Under the pieces are notes generated by a model that did no database searches, was not told where the DNA came from, and saw only the letters and a list, made by a program, of their open reading frames with translations. DNA of 36,088 nt from a virus (Duplodnaviria; Caudoviricetes), in IMG/VR virus record IMGVR_UViG_3300032227_000453, positions 1-36,088 of that record, one strand, 5' to 3'. The position numbers and the translations under genes are program-made. Below, piece after piece: positions 13,920-24,734 of the stretch; position 1 is the first letter of the stretch, and the number at the start of each line of letters is the position of its first letter.

Positions 13920-14174
13920 ATGAGCAGTCCGGTTTCGTATGATTTGCAGGGTCAGGGTGGTGGTAGTGTTCTTGCTGCTACTGATACGACGGCTTCCGGG
14001 GACTTCCGGTGGATTCAGGTGATTACCGATACGGTGTTTGCTGAATTGATTTCGTCGAACCTTGCTCATGACTCGAATCTTGTTGGTGTGACGATTCCGG
14101 CTGGCACTGGCATTGGTGGTCGGTTCAGCTCGATTGAAGTGTCGACTGGCCTAGTGATCGCGTATTACGCATGA
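13920..14174 (+). CDS. Small beta-rich hypothetical protein, probably virion-associated
   Basis: 84 aa; first late gene; ATGA overlap. Confidence 0.75.
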   Translation: MSSPVSYDLQGQGGGSVLAATDTTASGDFRWIQVITDTVFAELISSNLAHDSNLVGVTIPAGTGIGGRFSSIEVSTGLVIAYYA

Positions 14175-16603
14175 GCCAATTTGCCCAGAGTGGTAGCGCG
14201 TTGGATTCGGCGATTGGGGAGGACGTTGATCGTGGCTTCCTGTCGGTGAATCAGCGTTTGCCATTGAATCAGCTTCAGGAGGGCGAGGTGCGAGCTTCTC
14301 TGAATGGGCGGATGGAGGGGTATTGGCGGCCACGCAAGGGGGTGGTGGATCGGACTGGTGCGTTGGTGACTACGGGGTCTGCGTTGCAACTGCCGTTCTT
14401 TCTGATCGATACTGCGAAGACGATCTCTGGGGCGTCTGTTGCTGCTGGCGTGGTGACGATTACCACGTCGGTTAACCACGGGCTTACGGGTTCGGGCTTA
14501 GCGCGGATCTCGGGGTTGGCGGGTAACGTGCAGATGAACGGCGACTTCACGCTGACGGTGACGGGCGCGAATACCCTGACGTATTCGGTGCCGGGGCTGA
14601 CGACGATCACCGATCAGGCCGGAAGCCTTACTGGGACGTTGATCAACGATTCTGCCAGCTCGAACGTGCGTGCGTCTTGCTTGTTCAGCGACCCGAACAG
14701 CAACAACGATGAGTTCGTGATCATCGCGCTGGACACGGTGGCGAAGAAGGTGAACCTCTCGACGTATGCGGTGACGGATATTGCCTACCCTCCAGGGCAG
14801 GGGCTGGGAGAGGACACCGACATGATCCAGGTGTTCGACAAGGTGATGCTTTTTCGGGATGGCCAACAAGCGTTTGAATGGTATCCGAACGGGCGGGCGA
14901 TCACGTCGGCAGCTCAGGCGACGAACACGGTTACGGTCACACTGAAGGATCATGGTCTGCTTCTTGGCACAACGATTGTGGTTACCGGGTTGACTGGTGT
15001 AACGCCTGCCAATGGCACATTCACGGTCGCGTCGGTGACTGGCCGCGACACCTTCACCTACACTTTCGGGACCGTTCAGACTGTGACCTTCGGCGTGACG
15101 GCTGCCACGGTAACCGATGGCTTCACCTTGTCGCCCGGTGGGGACTATACCCAGCCTCAGACGTTCAACATTCAGGCGAAGGATGTTGAGGTTGTCAGTG
15201 GCTTAGTGACGGCTACGGTTTCTGGGAACACCACCATTCGCGCGGGCGATTTGATCGTGGTTCGTCAAGCCGCCACGCCTGCACTTGCTGGCATGCTTGG
15301 GAACGAGTATTACGTTACCTCTGCGACCACCACGGAGATCAAGTGGTATGCGCCAGTCGGGGATTACAATACGTCATCGACTGACGTTTTTGATTTTGGT
15401 GGCCGGTTCAGCGTGGGCGGTGGCTTCATGCACCAGCCGGGTGCGCCTTGGGGTATTCACTTCCAGCGTCGATTGTGGGTGCCTCACTACTACAGCCAGT
15501 CTGGGCCATACAGTGCGCCGGTCTTCACCAGCACGAAGATCACCGATGAGATTGCGGTGTCTGACATTCTTGACACAACGACGTTTGACCAGATCGAGAA
15601 CCAGTTCCGTGTGAGCGGAGGCACGGCTGATTACGTCGTGGCGATGCATGGATTCTACGATGACGCTCTCGTGGTGCTGAATCGCAACAGCCTACACCTC
15701 ATCAAGGGGACTCTTGGTAGCCTGTTGGACACCAGGGTGACCGAGCTGACCTCGGAAGTTGGGTGCTTGGCCCGCAAGTCCGTGGTGATGCGGGGGAACG
15801 TGATGATGTTCTTGGCTGACGACGGGGTTTATGGCATCGAGTTCCTCAACGACTACAACCTCCGTGGCGCCGACGAGCCGATCTCGAAGAACATCCAGCC
15901 CTACATCGACCGGATCAACGTTAATTATGCAGCCGATGCGGTGGGAACGCTCTTCGAGAACCGGTATTACCTTGCTGTTGCGCTGGATTCGACGCCCGGT
16001 GCGAACGATGCTCGCGGGAACAACTCGATTTTGGTGTTCAACTTCCTCAATAAAGGCTGGGAGTCCCTCGATACCTTTGGCGATTCACGATTCCTGATCT
16101 CCAATTTTGTGATTGGCAGCGCAGGGGTGCGGAACAACATCTACGCGGTGACCACAACGGGCGGTTTGCACCAGCTTGAAGCGGCTGATAGCTCGATTGA
16201 CCGCCTTGTGGTTGATGCTGACACCGGACAGGTCGTTACCCCGACGGTTGCGGCGTCCTTGACCACCCGTGGCTACGATCTCGGTACGATGGAGCGCAAG
16301 CGATTCACCGATGCGCAGGTGGTGATGCAGAATTTGCCCAACGAGACGGGGGAATACCTGATCTCCTTTGCGTCGGAGGACCCCGACACGGCGGTGGAGA
16401 TCGGGACGAGCACGCAATTCCTTGGCGGGACCGTGCTGGAGGCTAGCCCGGAGGGTGAGACCGCTGGAATTCGCTGCCGATTGGCGGGGATTCGGGGCTA
16501 TGTTGGCACCGTGATCTTGACAAGAACCATTGGTTCCCCCAAGGTGAACTCCGTCAAGGTGGCGGGTTCCGTTACCAACAGACAAATCCTTTCCCAGAAG
16601 TGA
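14171..16603 (+). CDS. Tail tubular B/stabilization (nozzle)-like protein with inserted beta-rich repeats
   Basis: 810 aa; 'EVGCLARKSVV...FLADDGVY...PISKNIQPYIDRIN...NRYYLAV' beta-propeller pattern; three 'VTxT...HGL..G..I' repeats. Confidence 0.75.
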   Translation: MSQFAQSGSALDSAIGEDVDRGFLSVNQRLPLNQLQEGEVRASLNGRMEGYWRPRKGVVDRTGALVTTGSALQLPFFLIDTAKTISGASVAAGVVTITTSVNHGLTGSGLARISGLAGNVQMNGDFTLTVTGANTLTYSVPGLTTITDQAGSLTGTLINDSASSNVRASCLFSDPNSNNDEFVIIALDTVAKKVNLSTYAVTDIAYPPGQGLGEDTDMIQVFDKVMLFRDGQQAFEWYPNGRAITSAAQATNTVTVTLKDHGLLLGTTIVVTGLTGVTPANGTFTVASVTGRDTFTYTFGTVQTVTFGVTAATVTDGFTLSPGGDYTQPQTFNIQAKDVEVVSGLVTATVSGNTTIRAGDLIVVRQAATPALAGMLGNEYYVTSATTTEIKWYAPVGDYNTSSTDVFDFGGRFSVGGGFMHQPGAPWGIHFQRRLWVPHYYSQSGPYSAPVFTSTKITDEIAVSDILDTTTFDQIENQFRVSGGTADYVVAMHGFYDDALVVLNRNSLHLIKGTLGSLLDTRVTELTSEVGCLARKSVVMRGNVMMFLADDGVYGIEFLNDYNLRGADEPISKNIQPYIDRINVNYAADAVGTLFENRYYLAVALDSTPGANDARGNNSILVFNFLNKGWESLDTFGDSRFLISNFVIGSAGVRNNIYAVTTTGGLHQLEAADSSIDRLVVDADTGQVVTPTVAASLTTRGYDLGTMERKRFTDAQVVMQNLPNETGEYLISFASEDPDTAVEIGTSTQFLGGTVLEASPEGETAGIRCRLAGIRGYVGTVILTRTIGSPKVNSVKVAGSVTNRQILSQK

Positions 16604-16606
16604 CCT

Positions 16607-17275
16607 ATGGCCGGAGTCGTCGATACAACATACAGCTTCGCTGATAATGACCTTATTACCAGCACGAAGCTGAACAACATCATCGACCAGACGACGTTCA
16701 CCAGCGATGCGCTCGTCTTTGGGAACAACACGTTGCAGGTTTCAGGCGGAAAGCTGATGGTTCGAGCTAGCGGCATCACTTCTAACGAGCTTGCTTCCGA
16801 TTCGGTGATTACGTCAAAGATTCTTGATGGATCTGTCACGCAGGCCAAAGCGTCCAATATGTTAGTCCCGGCTGGTGCCGTCATGGCGTTTGCGATGAAT
16901 GCCGCGCCGACCGGATGGCTTGCGGCAGATGGCAGCGCGGTTTCGCGCACGACCTATGCGACCCTGTTTGCTGCGGTGTCCACGATTTACGGTGTTGGCG
17001 ACGGGTCCACTACGTTTAACCTCCCCGATCTTCGTGGATACTTCGTTCGTGGCAGCGGAACCAACGGTGACGGCACGGCAGCCGGAACGTTTGGTGCCAA
17101 GCAGGCGGATGAACTGAAGAGTCACACCCACTCCACGTCTCCGATTGCTAGTGCTGGGTCACAAGTTCCAGCCGGAAGTGGATTCGGAATTATTGGAAGT
17201 GGTGTTACAGGAGCAACCGGAGGGGCGGAAACCCGACCTAAAAACATTGCCATGCTCTACTGCATCAAGCACTGA
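16607..17275 (+). CDS. Tail fiber protein with phage tail collar domain
   Basis: PAGAVMAFA...PTGWLAADGSAVSRTTYATLF...FNLPDLRGYFVRG...ETRPKNIAMLYCIK. Confidence 0.9.
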   Translation: MAGVVDTTYSFADNDLITSTKLNNIIDQTTFTSDALVFGNNTLQVSGGKLMVRASGITSNELASDSVITSKILDGSVTQAKASNMLVPAGAVMAFAMNAAPTGWLAADGSAVSRTTYATLFAAVSTIYGVGDGSTTFNLPDLRGYFVRGSGTNGDGTAAGTFGAKQADELKSHTHSTSPIASAGSQVPAGSGFGIIGSGVTGATGGAETRPKNIAMLYCIKH

Positions 17276-17628
17276 TGAACCCACATTTGGCAAAAGCAAT
17301 CGAAATCTATGAATCCCACGGCATTGACATCAAACCAATCCTCGATTGGCATCTGTGCAATGGGATTGTCATTTGCAATCCTGATGCTTTTGCCCTGTGC
17401 TTCCACACCGTCAGCCACGCTCTCGGTGGTGCCGTTGACTACGAGCACTCCGACACGCTTTTCGTCACCATGTGCTGCGGAAACATGCTTCAGTCGCTTC
17501 GTCCGCTCAAAGATCTCTACCGATTCATCTCGTTCCAGCGTGGGTTCAAGAACTCCGAACGCTTCCGCCTGCTAGACATGGAACGCTTTTACTCAAAAAT
17601 CAAACAACACCATGGGATCGAAGCCTAA
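17275..17628 (+). CDS. Hypothetical protein
   Basis: 117 aa between tail and ejection genes; overlaps its neighbours. Confidence 0.7.
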   Translation: MNPHLAKAIEIYESHGIDIKPILDWHLCNGIVICNPDAFALCFHTVSHALGGAVDYEHSDTLFVTMCCGNMLQSLRPLKDLYRFISFQRGFKNSERFRLLDMERFYSKIKQHHGIEA

Positions 17629-18508
17629 ATCAGTCAAGGTGCCAGAGGCGGACTACGCCAAGGACATCTCCAAGTTCGTTTCGGCGTATGGTGGTGCGCT
17701 CCCGCAGGTGCTTCAGTTTGAGCAGCAGTTCCGCCCTGAGTTTCAGGCACTCAACCTGCAAGACATCTCTGGTTTCCTCAGCGGCGTTGACGGGCAACAA
17801 GGCTTGTTCGGGCTGAGTCGCATGGCATCGCAAGAAGCCGGTGGGCAACTTGGTGCGGCACGAGAAGGCGAGCTTGGCACCATGACGGGGCAAGCACCAC
17901 TGACCCGTGGGCTGATGCAGGCGTTGTCCCCGGAACAGGCAGCAGCGGTCAGCGCATCCGCGCAAGAAGCCGAGCGTGCTAGGGCGGCAGCTCAGGGTGT
18001 CACCCCGCAGGAGCGTCGGACCTATGAGCAGCTTGCCCGTGAAGGATTCCAGTCAGCCGGGCGACTCGGAGGCAACCTGAACATTGCGTCGGAAGCCATG
18101 GCTAGAGAAGACGTTCGAGCCAGAAGGCGTGCTGAAGCAACGGCAGCAGAGCGTAATCTTTACAATCTAGCGGGGAGCTTCTACACACAGCCGGGTCTGG
18201 GGCTTCTCAGCCAGGCACCGCTGTCGTATCAGACTGGTCAGCAGTTCCTCGGGCTTGGCCTTGGAAGCATTGGTCAAGGAACCCCGCAGCTTATCAATCC
18301 AGACATGGGCCTCAACCTTGGGGCAGCGCAGCGTCAGAACCAGCTTCAGGCGCAGATGGCAAATGCTCAGGCTAGCGCGGCCTCGGGAAGCGGCATGATG
18401 GGAATGTTTGGACAAATCGGTGGAGCACTTGCCTCAAACCCCGCCGTGATTAAGGGTGGGGGCGCGTTGCTGGCAAAGGGTGGAGCAGCAGCAATCGCCG
18501 CGATCTGA
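17612..18508 (+). CDS. Putative ejection/internal virion protein
   Basis: G/A/Q-rich; glycine-rich hydrophobic C-terminus; position in a podovirus-like module. Confidence 0.65.
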   Translation: MGSKPKSVKVPEADYAKDISKFVSAYGGALPQVLQFEQQFRPEFQALNLQDISGFLSGVDGQQGLFGLSRMASQEAGGQLGAAREGELGTMTGQAPLTRGLMQALSPEQAAAVSASAQEAERARAAAQGVTPQERRTYEQLAREGFQSAGRLGGNLNIASEAMAREDVRARRRAEATAAERNLYNLAGSFYTQPGLGLLSQAPLSYQTGQQFLGLGLGSIGQGTPQLINPDMGLNLGAAQRQNQLQAQMANAQASAASGSGMMGMFGQIGGALASNPAVIKGGGALLAKGGAAAIAAI

Positions 18509-19314
18509 TGATCTCAAAAGTAAAGTCCGCGATCAAAAACGTGGAGACGTGCCTCAGCGTCTCTAAGAAGCCGTGCCTTGCATGGAGCGGCGGGAAGGAC
18601 AGCATGGCATTGCTGGATCTCGTCTTCAACAAGGTAGGTGCGAGGGTGCCGATTGTGTTCTACCGGGAGCAATGGCAGCCCGCTAAATACGCATTCCAGA
18701 ACCGAATCATCGAGGAGTGGGGGCTTGAGGTTTACACGTGGCACCCGACCTACACGGCTTTCCAGCAGACCGGCGACGAGTTCGAGGTGCAGAACAAATA
18801 CTTCTTCGACGCGACTGACATGACCTGCCCGACGGGGATCACCCCGGTTGAAGAGGGCAAGCCGTGGGTCTGCGCGATGGACATCTACAACCGCCCCAAG
18901 AGTGCGGGAATCTTTGCCGGGTGGGATGGCATGCTGGTGGGGCATAAGCTCTGCGACTCCGACCCGATTTATGGCGGGGATGCAGGTGTGCGCGTTGACG
19001 TGCGCATCAACCCTGGGCAATGCAATGCGTTCTACCCGATGAAAGACTGGACGCATGACGACGTATTCCAGTATTGCGAGGAGAACGATGTGCCGATTCA
19101 GACCAGTCGCTACGAAAAGGTAGGTGGCAAGTGGTCCGAGAAGGCCGACCGGACGCATAATTGCGATTACGTCCACGCTTGCACGGCATGCATTGATCGC
19201 AGGGCAACCGCGCCAAAATTCGTGCATTGCCCGAAACTTGACTGCACGATTGAAAACGTTTCTAATCGGGTCACTTGGTTCGACCAGACGATCCCAACCT
19301 ACATGAAGGACTGA
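18508..19314 (+). CDS. PAPS reductase-family (PP-loop) protein
   Basis: LAWSGGKDS PP-loop, YPMKDWTHDDVFQY, CTAC. Confidence 0.85.
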   Translation: MISKVKSAIKNVETCLSVSKKPCLAWSGGKDSMALLDLVFNKVGARVPIVFYREQWQPAKYAFQNRIIEEWGLEVYTWHPTYTAFQQTGDEFEVQNKYFFDATDMTCPTGITPVEEGKPWVCAMDIYNRPKSAGIFAGWDGMLVGHKLCDSDPIYGGDAGVRVDVRINPGQCNAFYPMKDWTHDDVFQYCEENDVPIQTSRYEKVGGKWSEKADRTHNCDYVHACTACIDRRATAPKFVHCPKLDCTIENVSNRVTWFDQTIPTYMKD

Positions 19315-19318
19315 CATT

Positions 19319-21064
19319 ATGGCTCTACTAGGATCATCAGTTGACCCGAGGTTGTTCTTGCAGGACTACTCAGGATTCACCCGTGCTGCGGAGATTCAGG
19401 CACAGGGGTTGCAGAACCTTGGGCAGAACATCGCGGGCGGGATTGAGAAGGTGGGGGACTACTTTAAGGAGCAGGGCAACAAGAAGAAGCTCATCAAGCA
19501 AAGCGATGTCCAGATCGACGCGGCGTTGACGCTGTTCCCCGATCTCACGCCGACTCTACAAGACGTTCGGGACAAAATCCGCGATGAAAACATCCCACTG
19601 AATGATCGAGCGGCGATTGCGGAGTCGGTGGCCGGGCTGATCAACATGGGAACGAATCAGATGCGTTTCCAAGCTGAGCGCAATCTGAAGCTGGCTGAGC
19701 TGGCAGCACGCAGCGCACCAGAAGGACCGAAGCCTACAACCTACAAGCCGAGCACGATTGACGTTGGCGGCCAGAAGCTCTACGTCGCGGTTGGCAGCGA
19801 TGGGTATTACTACGACCCACAAACCAAGACGCCGATTCTTGATCTCGACGCCTACGCCAAAGGCCAGCCTCCAGAGGTTTATGGTGGCGCAATGGGGGGC
19901 GGCATGGGAGGAGGCCAATTCCTTACGGAGGCGGACATGATTCCGCTACCCGGTGCTGACATGGCACCAGAAAACCAACGCGCTTCGGAGATCATGAATG
20001 CGCTTGGGTTCTCCCCGATGCAAGCAGGTGGACTTGAGCCTGGCATTGCTGGCCCGGTTATTCCTGATCTTACCTCTCCCACTGCCGATCCTGAACAGAT
20101 CCAAGCGGTGCTGAATGCTGATGCCGATCAAGGCGTTCTTCCTCCAATCGATCAACCGCAAGTCCAACCACAAGCTCAAGCGGCACCCAAGTCTCGCCTC
20201 ATTGGCCAACCAAAGGATACTAGCACCTTCCGCCCCGCAACACCGGAGGAAGTGCAGGTCTATGGAAGCCAAGGTCAGATCGACACCCAGACTGGTCGAT
20301 TCTACCCGATTCGCCCGCCGTCTGGAATGTCCATCGAATCAACCCCCGGCGGAGGATTCCGAGTTGTGCAGGGCGCAGGAGTGAAGGGAGAAGGCGTCAA
20401 GCAAGCTCAAGAGCAGCTCTCAAGGGAGAATCTTCGCATCATCTCTAGCACTACCGATGAGGCGTTCACCTTGCTGGACCGTGTTGGAACGGACAACCCG
20501 CTTGTTGCTGCCGGAAATGCGGCTCTAGCCAAAGCACTTCCAGCATCTGAGACCGGACAGCTTCAAACATTTTTTGAACGCCTCAATGGCGAAAACTCGT
20601 TTGAGCGGATGCGGTCGTTGCGGGCTAGCTCTCCAACTGGTGGTGGTCCTGGCAGCATGACGGAGAAGGAGTGGCCAAGATTTGAAGATCGATACTACCG
20701 CCTCAACGTGAATGCGACAAAGGATGCCCTTGAAAAAGGCTTGAGCTTGAACATGCTCAATTCGTTTGAGGCTGCCAACGGGACTCCCGACGACGTAATC
20801 AAGTCACTGAAGGAGAAGAAGATCACGCAGCAACAGTTCGACAGCTACGTAAGAGATTACGTGACCACGCGGAACATCGCTCGGGTCAACGCTTCTGGCG
20901 TTCCCGGCAAGGCGAACGACTGGACCAAGCTGAACAAGACGCTAATCAATCTCTCTACTGACTTTGAGGCACCTAGCGCAGGTGCTGACCCAAACCCAGA
21001 CCTGAAAACCAAGGCGGACGCGGTATTGGAGGATGTAAGAAGGATGGCCACTGAGAACCAATAA
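19319..21064 (+). CDS. Putative ejection/internal virion protein
   Basis: 581 aa; helical with P/Q-rich linker; position. Confidence 0.65.
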   Translation: MALLGSSVDPRLFLQDYSGFTRAAEIQAQGLQNLGQNIAGGIEKVGDYFKEQGNKKKLIKQSDVQIDAALTLFPDLTPTLQDVRDKIRDENIPLNDRAAIAESVAGLINMGTNQMRFQAERNLKLAELAARSAPEGPKPTTYKPSTIDVGGQKLYVAVGSDGYYYDPQTKTPILDLDAYAKGQPPEVYGGAMGGGMGGGQFLTEADMIPLPGADMAPENQRASEIMNALGFSPMQAGGLEPGIAGPVIPDLTSPTADPEQIQAVLNADADQGVLPPIDQPQVQPQAQAAPKSRLIGQPKDTSTFRPATPEEVQVYGSQGQIDTQTGRFYPIRPPSGMSIESTPGGGFRVVQGAGVKGEGVKQAQEQLSRENLRIISSTTDEAFTLLDRVGTDNPLVAAGNAALAKALPASETGQLQTFFERLNGENSFERMRSLRASSPTGGGPGSMTEKEWPRFEDRYYRLNVNATKDALEKGLSLNMLNSFEAANGTPDDVIKSLKEKKITQQQFDSYVRDYVTTRNIARVNASGVPGKANDWTKLNKTLINLSTDFEAPSAGADPNPDLKTKADAVLEDVRRMATENQ

Positions 21065-21065
21065 G

Positions 21066-24000
21066 ATGTCCGAAGACAAAAAATACATCGAGTCGGAGCT
21101 TTCGCGGGTTCGTGCTGGCATCGTTGATATTGGTGCTTACATCAACAAGGCAAAAGAAGCTGGTGACGAGGAGACCAAGCTGAAGCTGATGAAGAAAGCA
21201 GAGGTTCTTGGCGACTACGCGAAAAGCCTTGAATCTTCCTACACCTCCCTGCTGGAGCAAGAGCAAGCTGCCACGCAACAGGATCGTGCGGCACTGGAGA
21301 AGGAGCTGGCGGCACCGATTTACGAGAGAAAGATCGCTCCTACAACCTTCGACCTGCCAACTTACAGCTCCTATGCTCCGGTGATGCCAAAGGTCACCCA
21401 GCCGGATGTAGAGGCAAAAATGGCAAGGAATCGAGAGATTGCCGGGCAACTCACCAACACTCCAGTCGGACAAGGCGGGACCGAGGCGGAGATGCTGCCT
21501 GCGGGTCTGCGTGCGCAAATGGGGACGCTGCCCACACCGGAGTCAAAAGCGCAGCTCCTTCAGAAGAACTTCCCTGACGCGAACATCAGCCCGCTGAACG
21601 TGGGCGGGAACACCGAGTTCTTGATCAAGATGCCGGATGGCACGGTCAAGACTACATTCGACAAGGGAATCGCCGGGTTGGCAGGTGCCGCAGCGGTTGA
21701 GGCACTGCTTACCCCAGCTCAGATCGCAGCCGGGCTTGGGACTATTGCTCTCACAAAAATCCCAGCAACGGGGTTGGGAGCAAGCGCATTAACGCGTTTG
21801 GGTTTAGGGACGATTATCGATGAGGCTCTCCGCTTGGGATACGGAATAGAGCAGCAGCCTACAGAGTCGCTTGGAAGGCGTGGAACCGAGGCAGCCATTG
21901 AATTGGTCACAGGCGGCCTTGTTGACGTTGGGATTCCTGCTTACCGTGCCGCCCGCATTCCAAGCCCATTCAGCAATGAGTTTGCGAAAAACCTAGAGCG
22001 GTCTGCGGCTAGGCTGTCTGCCCGTGAAGCTCAGCTCGCGGCAAAACAAGGGCGTGTGCCAGGCGTCATTCAGGTGCCACTCGGTGCGAAGCTGGCTGGT
22101 CCAGAGGGCATGCAAGCCCAGAAGGAGCTGGCCGGGGAGTTTGCTGGTTCTGGCATCGCAGCAGGATCACGTGGAACCCAAGAAACGCTTGTTCGACTAG
22201 CTGACGACGTGAAGTCAACAGTTCCGATTACCGCCAACGACTTCTCGGCTATCGCAGTCAACCGCGAAGGCAGGATCAGGTCGCTGGCAAACAGCATTGC
22301 GGTGGCAACGAAGAGCAACGAGCGCGTTGTAAAGGATGCGCTTGAGCGGCAATTTACCTCTGGCAAAGCATCCAATATTGACGACCTAGGCGATGCGTTG
22401 CGGACTTCGATTCTTGCAGCAGAAGAGCAAGCCAAGAAAGACGTGGACGCGGCTTACGGTGAGATCTTCAATCTTGCTGACCAGGGCGGCTTCCGAACAA
22501 CTCCTGAAGAGATGCTGGATCTTGTTGCGTCGATGAAGCGCAACGAAATCAACGTTTCTGGCTCGATTGACGACTCCGCCATTAAGGGTGTCGAGGCTAG
22601 ACTCAGGAGGAGGCGCGATGCCCCCAAATTACTGCAAGAGGCAAGAGCTAAATACGCAAAAAACCCGACGCAGGATCTGAAGAATGAAATCGAAGATCTT
22701 GTTGTATTGAGTAGGCCGATGGGGTCTGAAGACTTTGACAATTTCATCAGGGACTTCAGGAATGCTCGCGTTGAGAACGCTGTCGGAGGGAAGACGACGG
22801 ATGCTTTTGGTGCAGCCATTGCCGCAAGACTCTCTGATTACCGGCGAAATGTTTACGGATCAATCAATACGACTCTTCCGAACGGAAGCGTAGTCAACAT
22901 TGGTGACTTGTTTGAGGAAACAACCAAGAAGGTGCAAGAGCGCGTTGCGTTTGAGAAAAACCTGCTTGGCAACATCCTGAAGGAAGCCGCTGGCGAGCAA
23001 GCGACTACTCCACGCGAGATTGTGTCAAAGGTGATGAGTGAGCCTGCAACAGTTGATCGTGTTGCAACAGCTCTTCGGCAGCTTGGGCAATCAGACCCAA
23101 CAAGAGCAGGGGAGGCAGATCGAATCCTTGGGCTAATGCAGGCCCAATACCTAAACGACATTGGGATTGGCGGCGTGAACGCTAAGCCTATCAGCCAGAT
23201 CAAAATTGATCCCGGAATGCTCAAATCCCTTTACGGTAATAATGCCGGTGGCAACATGCAGCGCAGTCTTGAGTCGCTGAACAAAAACATCCGGCTGTTG
23301 AAGGGGAACAAGGTTGCAGACTTGACTTTTAATGATGTGCAACGAATGAGTCAGGCCTTGACCCAATCTGAGAGAGACCAGCTCACAAGAACGATTGGAA
23401 AACGAATGGCACTTGAGAAGGAGCAGCGCGAGGTGATCAACTCGCAAATTTTCAAGCTAGCAAAGTCCACAAACTTCAGCAATATTGATCCAGATGTCTT
23501 GTCGAAGGCGATTCTGTCTGACAACTCAACCGTCGGCCAGGTCAAATCCGCCATGACCGATCTGAACAAATTATCGCCAGCGTCTCGGAATCTCTACAAG
23601 GGAGACTTCATCAGGGAGCTTTTGGATCAATTCCCCGGTGGAACCCCAACCTCTAACGCGCCATTTACGCCGATTCTCGACGCGAAGAAGTTCATCGCCG
23701 CCTATGAGTCTCCAAGCAAAACCGGGAAAAGCCAGTTTGCTCGCAAGCTTGAAGCTGTCCTTGGCGAGGATGATGCCAACTTCTGGTACGACCTAGCCAA
23801 AATCTACGATGCCAACACACCGATTGACCTTTCCAAGTCGTCTGATGCGAGGCTTATTGCTGGTAAGGAAGGCGTCTCGGTGTTCTTGACCACGGGTCTT
23901 GCGTCGAAGGCAAGAAATCGCATTCTCGCATCAATGCTCTCGACTGGTTCCCAGCGTCACGGTTTGAAGACGGCTTTGGCAAGGAATGCTCTACCAGGCG

Positions 24001-24176
24001 GCGTAAACGATGCTTACAAGAAGATGTTCCGCGAGGCGTTCCTGACTCGGCAGGGGCTTACGGCTCTTGGTTACCAAGCGTCCCAAGATCCAGAGTTTTC
24101 GGCAGAGCTTACCAATATGGCTAGGGAGTTCCGCCAGAAGGAGGGCATTGACACCCCCGAGATTATCGAGAAGTAG
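21066..24176 (+). CDS. Putative large ejection/internal virion protein
   Basis: 1036 aa; alpha-helical with an A/G-rich hydrophobic segment; third of three size-graded genes. Confidence 0.65.
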   Translation: MSEDKKYIESELSRVRAGIVDIGAYINKAKEAGDEETKLKLMKKAEVLGDYAKSLESSYTSLLEQEQAATQQDRAALEKELAAPIYERKIAPTTFDLPTYSSYAPVMPKVTQPDVEAKMARNREIAGQLTNTPVGQGGTEAEMLPAGLRAQMGTLPTPESKAQLLQKNFPDANISPLNVGGNTEFLIKMPDGTVKTTFDKGIAGLAGAAAVEALLTPAQIAAGLGTIALTKIPATGLGASALTRLGLGTIIDEALRLGYGIEQQPTESLGRRGTEAAIELVTGGLVDVGIPAYRAARIPSPFSNEFAKNLERSAARLSAREAQLAAKQGRVPGVIQVPLGAKLAGPEGMQAQKELAGEFAGSGIAAGSRGTQETLVRLADDVKSTVPITANDFSAIAVNREGRIRSLANSIAVATKSNERVVKDALERQFTSGKASNIDDLGDALRTSILAAEEQAKKDVDAAYGEIFNLADQGGFRTTPEEMLDLVASMKRNEINVSGSIDDSAIKGVEARLRRRRDAPKLLQEARAKYAKNPTQDLKNEIEDLVVLSRPMGSEDFDNFIRDFRNARVENAVGGKTTDAFGAAIAARLSDYRRNVYGSINTTLPNGSVVNIGDLFEETTKKVQERVAFEKNLLGNILKEAAGEQATTPREIVSKVMSEPATVDRVATALRQLGQSDPTRAGEADRILGLMQAQYLNDIGIGGVNAKPISQIKIDPGMLKSLYGNNAGGNMQRSLESLNKNIRLLKGNKVADLTFNDVQRMSQALTQSERDQLTRTIGKRMALEKEQREVINSQIFKLAKSTNFSNIDPDVLSKAILSDNSTVGQVKSAMTDLNKLSPASRNLYKGDFIRELLDQFPGGTPTSNAPFTPILDAKKFIAAYESPSKTGKSQFARKLEAVLGEDDANFWYDLAKIYDANTPIDLSKSSDARLIAGKEGVSVFLTTGLASKARNRILASMLSTGSQRHGLKTALARNALPGGVNDAYKKMFREAFLTRQGLTALGYQASQDPEFSAELTNMAREFRQKEGIDTPEIIEK

Positions 24177-24182
24177 TCCAAT

Positions 24183-24734
24183 ATGGATGATCCCAAACTC
24201 CAGCAGCTCAAAGAAAACTACTACGATGACCGCGAGGACAAGGCGGCGTGGTTCCTTGAGGTGAAAGAGCGTGCCAAGAACGTCTCTCGGAACAACGTCG
24301 AGCACTACGCGCCGAACAAGGCTGCGCTTGCTTTGTATCTGCTGTCCCAGGGTGCGCGGATCAAGACGATTGCCGAGAAGACTGGGTTAGGTCGCGCCGT
24401 CATTCGTGGGCTGGAGTGGAGGCACAACGACACGCTGGAGACCAAGCGCAAGGAGTTCTCCATGCGTTACGCAATCGCTGCGCAAGAATTCACCGATCTT
24501 CTCCTAGATAAGGCGACCCAGCTATTCGACGACCCTGACGCGCTGGCGAAGATCTCCCCCGAGAAGCTAGCGATCACCGTGGGCATCCTCACCGACAAGG
24601 CCGCTCAGCTTACCGGCATGGCGACTACCGTGGTGGAGCATCGCAAAGGTGCCAGCCTAGAGGACGCGGCCAAGATGATCAATGAGGCTCGACAACGGGT
24701 GCAGGGCAAGGTAATCGACGCGGAGATCGTATGA
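24183..24734 (+). CDS. terS: Putative terminase small subunit
   Basis: HTH-like N-terminal half; C-terminal VIDAEIV; directly upstream of terL. Confidence 0.65.
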   Translation: MDDPKLQQLKENYYDDREDKAAWFLEVKERAKNVSRNNVEHYAPNKAALALYLLSQGARIKTIAEKTGLGRAVIRGLEWRHNDTLETKRKEFSMRYAIAAQEFTDLLLDKATQLFDDPDALAKISPEKLAITVGILTDKAAQLTGMATTVVEHRKGASLEDAAKMINEARQRVQGKVIDAEIV

